Positions 44,110 through 47,240 of a stretch of 47,240 nucleotides of DNA are shown here, piece after piece. The notes beneath the pieces were generated by a model. The model had not been told where the DNA came from, did not search any database, and saw nothing but the letters and a program-made list of their open reading frames with translations. Source of the stretch: a virus. Location: UHGV virus genome UHGV-0111354, one strand, 5' to 3'. A program made the position numbers and the translations under genes. Position 1 is the stretch's first letter. Each line of letters begins with the position of its first letter.

Positions 44110-44407
44110 CCACATACCCCGTTAAAACTCGTTCGGGGTACTTCAACGGGGTATCAAAAACTCTTTAACTTTCAGTACTATACTACTTATTACCCTTATA
44201 CCCTTATAAAATAGTAATTAGTAGTAATAGAAAGTATATAATATATAATATAAATGTAGTATAATACATAATGTATACTTTATAGGGTTTATAAGAAGGA
44301 AGAAGGGAAGAATGTACGGGGTTTTCGGTTATGCTCGTAAGCTGCTGATTGTGAAAGTAAATTCGCCACCCCTATGCCTCGTGTATTTCGGGGTAAAATG
44401 AGGTATT
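44110..44407. repeat. 298-bp direct repeat, copy 2 (identical to 30016-30313), 48 bp upstream of the TerS start
   Basis: Seen in sequence. Confidence 0.9.
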
Positions 44408-44460
44408 TACCTGTAATTCTCTATTATTTTATAGTATATACTCTGCAAAAGGAGAGAAAC

Positions 44461-45039
44461 ATGATTCATCTTATAGATAATTGTCACGGCACTACAAAAT
44501 TTAAAGAAACAGAATTGTGCAGTATTTGTACACTTCATGACCACCATAATTTTGTGAAAGCGAAAAACATGGGTCTTCCTGCACGCAACGAACTCTATCA
44601 AAAAGTTCTCGACGGTCTTAATGATGGTCGCTCGTGGAGAGTACAGAAGAAACCGAACAGTGAATGTGGACATCCGGGCGTCCGTAACACTGCTGGTAAA
44701 TGTGTCTTCTGCTTGACCGAGCAACGCATGACGGGGGAGTGGAAAAAACCAAAAGCAGCCATTGTTAATACCGCTGGTGAAGCCGACGCACTGCGTGAAA
44801 ACATCGCAATGATTGAGCATAATATTTCTGTTTTGAATGAACAGTTAGAGACGATGAAAAACGCCCTGTTACTGAGTGAATCGGGAATTCACGTTGGGGT
44901 CATTAAAATCAAATCACCGCGCCAGCAAGCCATCGCCGACGGTAAACGTTGGTATATTCCGTATGAGCCTTGTAAGCATTGTAATATTATTGCGGAACGT
45001 TATGTGGCAAATGGTAAATGCCGTAATTGTGGGAGATAA
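44461..45039 (+). CDS. Multi-zinc-ribbon protein with central coiled coil
   Basis: 192 aa from the ATG with RBS AAGGAGAG. CxxC-type pairs NCHG/CSIC, ECGHPG...CVFC, CKHC...CRNC. Confidence 0.4.
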   Translation: MIHLIDNCHGTTKFKETELCSICTLHDHHNFVKAKNMGLPARNELYQKVLDGLNDGRSWRVQKKPNSECGHPGVRNTAGKCVFCLTEQRMTGEWKKPKAAIVNTAGEADALRENIAMIEHNISVLNEQLETMKNALLLSESGIHVGVIKIKSPRQQAIADGKRWYIPYEPCKHCNIIAERYVANGKCRNCGR

Positions 45040-45043
45040 TAAA

Positions 45044-45217
45044 ATGTACAAGATGAGTAAGAAAAGTCTCACTGGGAGGATAATCGTACTACCTGTATTC
45101 ATTATTATTTTAGTTGTTGAGTCGATACTAAATAAGGCCGATGACTGGAGTTACTCCGTGAAGAGATTGAGAATTAGGATGAACGAATGGATTGATAAAA
45201 AATTTCCACTTGGATAA
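45044..45217 (+). CDS. Small single-TMD membrane protein (57 aa)
   Basis: RIIVLPVFIIILVVESIL hydrophobic span. RBS GGGAGATAATAAA-ATG. Confidence 0.3.
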   Translation: MYKMSKKSLTGRIIVLPVFIIILVVESILNKADDWSYSVKRLRIRMNEWIDKKFPLG

Positions 45218-45220
45218 AAC

Positions 45221-45250
45221 AAAGCCCGCTAAATGCGGGCCTTTTATTTA
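45221..45250. terminator. Bidirectional intrinsic terminator GCCCGC taaat GCGGGC with T-tracts on both strands
   Basis: Seen in sequence between the convergent genes 45217 (+) and 45248 (-). Confidence 0.65.
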
Positions 45251-46396
45251 CTTGATTAACTGTCCATACCGGTCCTTAATCATCTCCACAGGAATTGATA
45301 TTCTACCAATCTCACCGTAGTCTCGATGATATGTTATGACAGTGGCGCTTCTTCCGGAGTCGTAACCTCCGTTACTTGAATACTCGTCTTTGGCCGCCAG
45401 AGTTTGGTGCATCTCAGTGATGAACATGTTGCTCTCTGCTACTTTCCGATGATGATAGTGTCCCATGTGTAGGTAGCCAAACTTAGTACGGCCATAAATC
45501 TCCCGGAACTTACTGGCAAATACTGCGTCCAGCTTTTCCATCCTGGAACAGTGCCCGTGATGCACACCGATCATTACTTTGCCGAATTCGATTGCGTAGT
45601 AGGGACTTTGTTCGTCTACAATGGTCACGCGGGGATTACCGGAATACACCTCTTTAAACATCTCTCGCAACCACACAGAGGACGCAAGGTCGTGGTTACC
45701 AGTGGCGATTAGCAGCGTCACTTTCCGATGCTTCTCCAGACACATATTCACGGCTCGCTTAATCACACGGATAGCAGTCTGGACCACTTTGAAGAAACGC
45801 GTATCAGAGTCGAGAATATGCCCGGATGTTGGTGTAACCGCCTTCAGGCCGTCGAAGTGCAGGAAATCCCCCTGAAGGTTGATAAGACACTCTGTTGCGT
45901 TGGGTGCCAATGCTGTCGCTGATTTGAACCACGACGATATGAGATGTTCTGCAATGTTGGTATCGTAATCGTCTCCACCCTCTTCTTCACATGCCAACAT
46001 ACCAATGTGTGCATCTGTTACTGTGTACATGTTCAGGAGAGTGCTATCCTCATCACGGGATGTTAAATTAATTTCCTCTAGTGGGGATAAGCACTCTGTA
46101 AGCGCCACAATCGCTTCCTGCATCATTTTCAACTGGCGCTCGGCGTCCACATCAGTCTTGACCCATTGCAGCGCTACAGTCCCATCCTCCTTCACCAGTG
46201 ACGATGTACCTTTCACCTTGTAACCGTCCGGCACAAAGCGAGACACATTACCACCATGACCCAGCCCGCGCGCACCGAGACGTTTGATGCGGCGGTTAAT
46301 ATTGCCGGGGCTCATGCCGTACTTTTTCGCAATGGCATGACCACTCATTCCCGCAGTCACGTCTGTCAGTAATTGCTCGTCAGTCAGTATACTCAT
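45248..46396 (-). CDS. HTH domain fused to calcineurin-like metallophosphoesterase (class-III phosphodiesterase / Mre11-SbcD-like fold)
   Basis: N-terminal HTH-like SGHAIAKKYGMSPGNINRRIKRLG. MPE motifs GDFLHFDG (GDxxD), LLIATGNHD (GNHD), GVHHGH, GHYHH (GHxH). Confidence 0.6.
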   Translation of the reverse strand: MSILTDEQLLTDVTAGMSGHAIAKKYGMSPGNINRRIKRLGARGLGHGGNVSRFVPDGYKVKGTSSLVKEDGTVALQWVKTDVDAERQLKMMQEAIVALTECLSPLEEINLTSRDEDSTLLNMYTVTDAHIGMLACEEEGGDDYDTNIAEHLISSWFKSATALAPNATECLINLQGDFLHFDGLKAVTPTSGHILDSDTRFFKVVQTAIRVIKRAVNMCLEKHRKVTLLIATGNHDLASSVWLREMFKEVYSGNPRVTIVDEQSPYYAIEFGKVMIGVHHGHCSRMEKLDAVFASKFREIYGRTKFGYLHMGHYHHRKVAESNMFITEMHQTLAAKDEYSSNGGYDSGRSATVITYHRDYGEIGRISIPVEMIKDRYGQLIK

Positions 46397-46692
46397 TACA
46401 CTTTGCTCCGGCTTTTAACTAACTGGTCGATAACAACCGTAAAGAACTGGTTACAACCAACATTCGGGTAATCAATGCCGAACTTGTAACCTTTGATGAT
46501 AAGGTCGGTCGCTGCAGGATTACCGCCCGGGTTAGCCCGTTTAATCATTTCCTGCACGCCCATCTGTGCACGTTGAGCGCTGCAACCGTTAAAGAGCAGG
46601 TTAGCAACCCGTGATTCATTTGTCTCAGCAGTAACAGCTGCGTTAACCTGAGCGCCCGCCAGGAGCGCTACAAGTGGTAAATATTTAATCAT
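46396..46692 (-). CDS. Secreted small protein (Sec signal peptide MIKYLPLVALLAGAQVNA)
   Basis: 98-aa ORF. N-terminal signal peptide with AxA-like cleavage context. 2 Cys in the mature part. Confidence 0.4.
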   Translation of the reverse strand: MIKYLPLVALLAGAQVNAAVTAETNESRVANLLFNGCSAQRAQMGVQEMIKRANPGGNPAATDLIIKGYKFGIDYPNVGCNQFFTVVIDQLVKSRSKV

Positions 46693-46694
46693 GG

Positions 46695-46886
46695 TTAAGG
46701 TGCCTCATATAATGGTGTGGGGTCGCTATACTCTTTCAGTTTTGGGTCGCCAGCGTGAATTAGATAACCTTTATAGGTGATGTAAGCTACCGGATATTTG
46801 AACGTTTCCTCTAACTCAGCAACACGCGCCTCAGCCGCTAAACAGCGCTCCATCAGCTGGCAATAACTCAGTGCTTCCATATCCAC
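46695..46886 (-). CDS. Small hypothetical protein
   Basis: 63-aa ORF in the same minus-strand operon. Confidence 0.3.
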   Translation of the reverse strand: MDMEALSYCQLMERCLAAEARVAELEETFKYPVAYITYKGYLIHAGDPKLKEYSDPTPLYEAP

Positions 46887-47041
46887 TGTTCCCGTACTTT
46901 ACCCTCAACAATGAGACGAGTGACACAAAGTCCGTCCCGGTCAGCCTGTGCACGCATACGTGACAGTGTGGTCAGCGCCTGAACCTCTGTCATATTACCC
47001 AGCAGGTCGGACAGTTTGTGATGACTGATGATGTTTTTCAT
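46883..47041 (-). CDS. Small hypothetical protein (52 aa)
   Basis: ORF found by hand, ATGA-coupled to the downstream ORF. Confidence 0.25.
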
Positions 47042-47240
47042 TTGTTTAGTCTCCAGCTTATATTGTTAAGGAAGTATTGACTGCGTACCCGTGTCACTAA
47101 TCCGCGTTTTTCCATATCTTTTAACTTACGCAATAGAGAAGCAGTATCGAGACATGGGTATCTATATGACATTTTATTTCGGATATGATATGTAGGGTCA
47201 ACGCTACTGATGGCTTGGATTACGTCTCCATCATCAATCA

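Noticed and set aside
30016-44407. Interpretation of the 298-bp repeats as direct terminal repeats of a 14-kb genome
   Set aside because: The 14 kb between them lacks replication, tail and lysis genes, which lie outside. The sequence continues with unique phage genes on both sides, so the copies are internal, not genome termini.
1-47240. Integrase/att sites or lysogeny module indicating a temperate prophage
   Set aside because: No tyrosine/serine recombinase motifs, CI/Cro pair, or flanking host genes found. The Rha/KilAC gene alone does not establish temperate status.

Overview
This window reads as a nearly complete, gene-dense tailed dsDNA phage genome of about 47 kb, or a very large part of one. 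There is no integrase or attachment site, and I see no tRNA or CRISPR. Host is unknown; the roughly 50% GC and sigma70-type promoters suggest an enterobacterial host. I could not assign it to a named phage.

Layout, left to right:
- 1-6.3 kb, minus strand, early operon: PrimPol/D5-like primase-helicase, mini TetR-like HTH protein, small Dam-type N6-adenine methyltransferase, VRR-NUC nuclease, SF2 DEAH helicase with C-terminal zinc ribbon, and small zinc-ribbon proteins.
- 6.3 kb: a divergent promoter hub.
- 6.4-12.7 kb, plus strand, replication operon: acidic protein, Cas4-like PD-(D/E)XK exonuclease (DUF2800-like), DUF2815-like ssDNA-binding protein, a small family-B DNA polymerase with an N-terminal zinc ribbon, and a DUF2493/SLOG protein.
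- 12.7-14.7 kb, lysis region: membrane proteins, a SAR-type GH24 endolysin, and separate i- and o-spanins.
- 14.7-30 kb, minus strand, P2/Mu-like contractile-tail module: fibres, baseplate J/W/V-like proteins, SLT-domain protein, tape measure, chaperone with a predicted -1 frameshift, tube, sheath, neck proteins. A plus-strand moron (Rha/KilAC antirepressor-like protein plus a secreted Cys protein) sits inside it.
- 30.0-44.4 kb, minus strand, head and packaging module: TerS, TerL, portal, MuF-like protein, protease/scaffold, decoration protein, major capsid protein. It carries three homing-endonuclease-like genes (HNH, T5orf172/GIY-YIG-like, Vsr/DUF559-like) and plus-strand morons.
- 44.4-47.2 kb: multi-zinc-ribbon protein, a small membrane protein, and a minus-strand operon ending in an HTH-metallophosphoesterase (class-III phosphodiesterase-like) fusion.

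Most notable features:
1. The head/packaging module is flanked by a 298-bp perfect direct repeat carrying an internal inverted repeat and CGGGGTA iterons.
2. A 16-bp palindrome TTGACGnnnnCGTCAA overlaps the -35 of at least 13 promoter-like sites on both strands, which looks like a promoter/operator family.
3. Promoter-leader cassettes are duplicated, in one case upstream of the HNH gene.
4. Two different nuclease genes share the same triple zinc-ribbon module.
5. A GTPWDERIH peptide motif, conserved at nucleotide level, occurs in both the DNA polymerase and the acidic protein.
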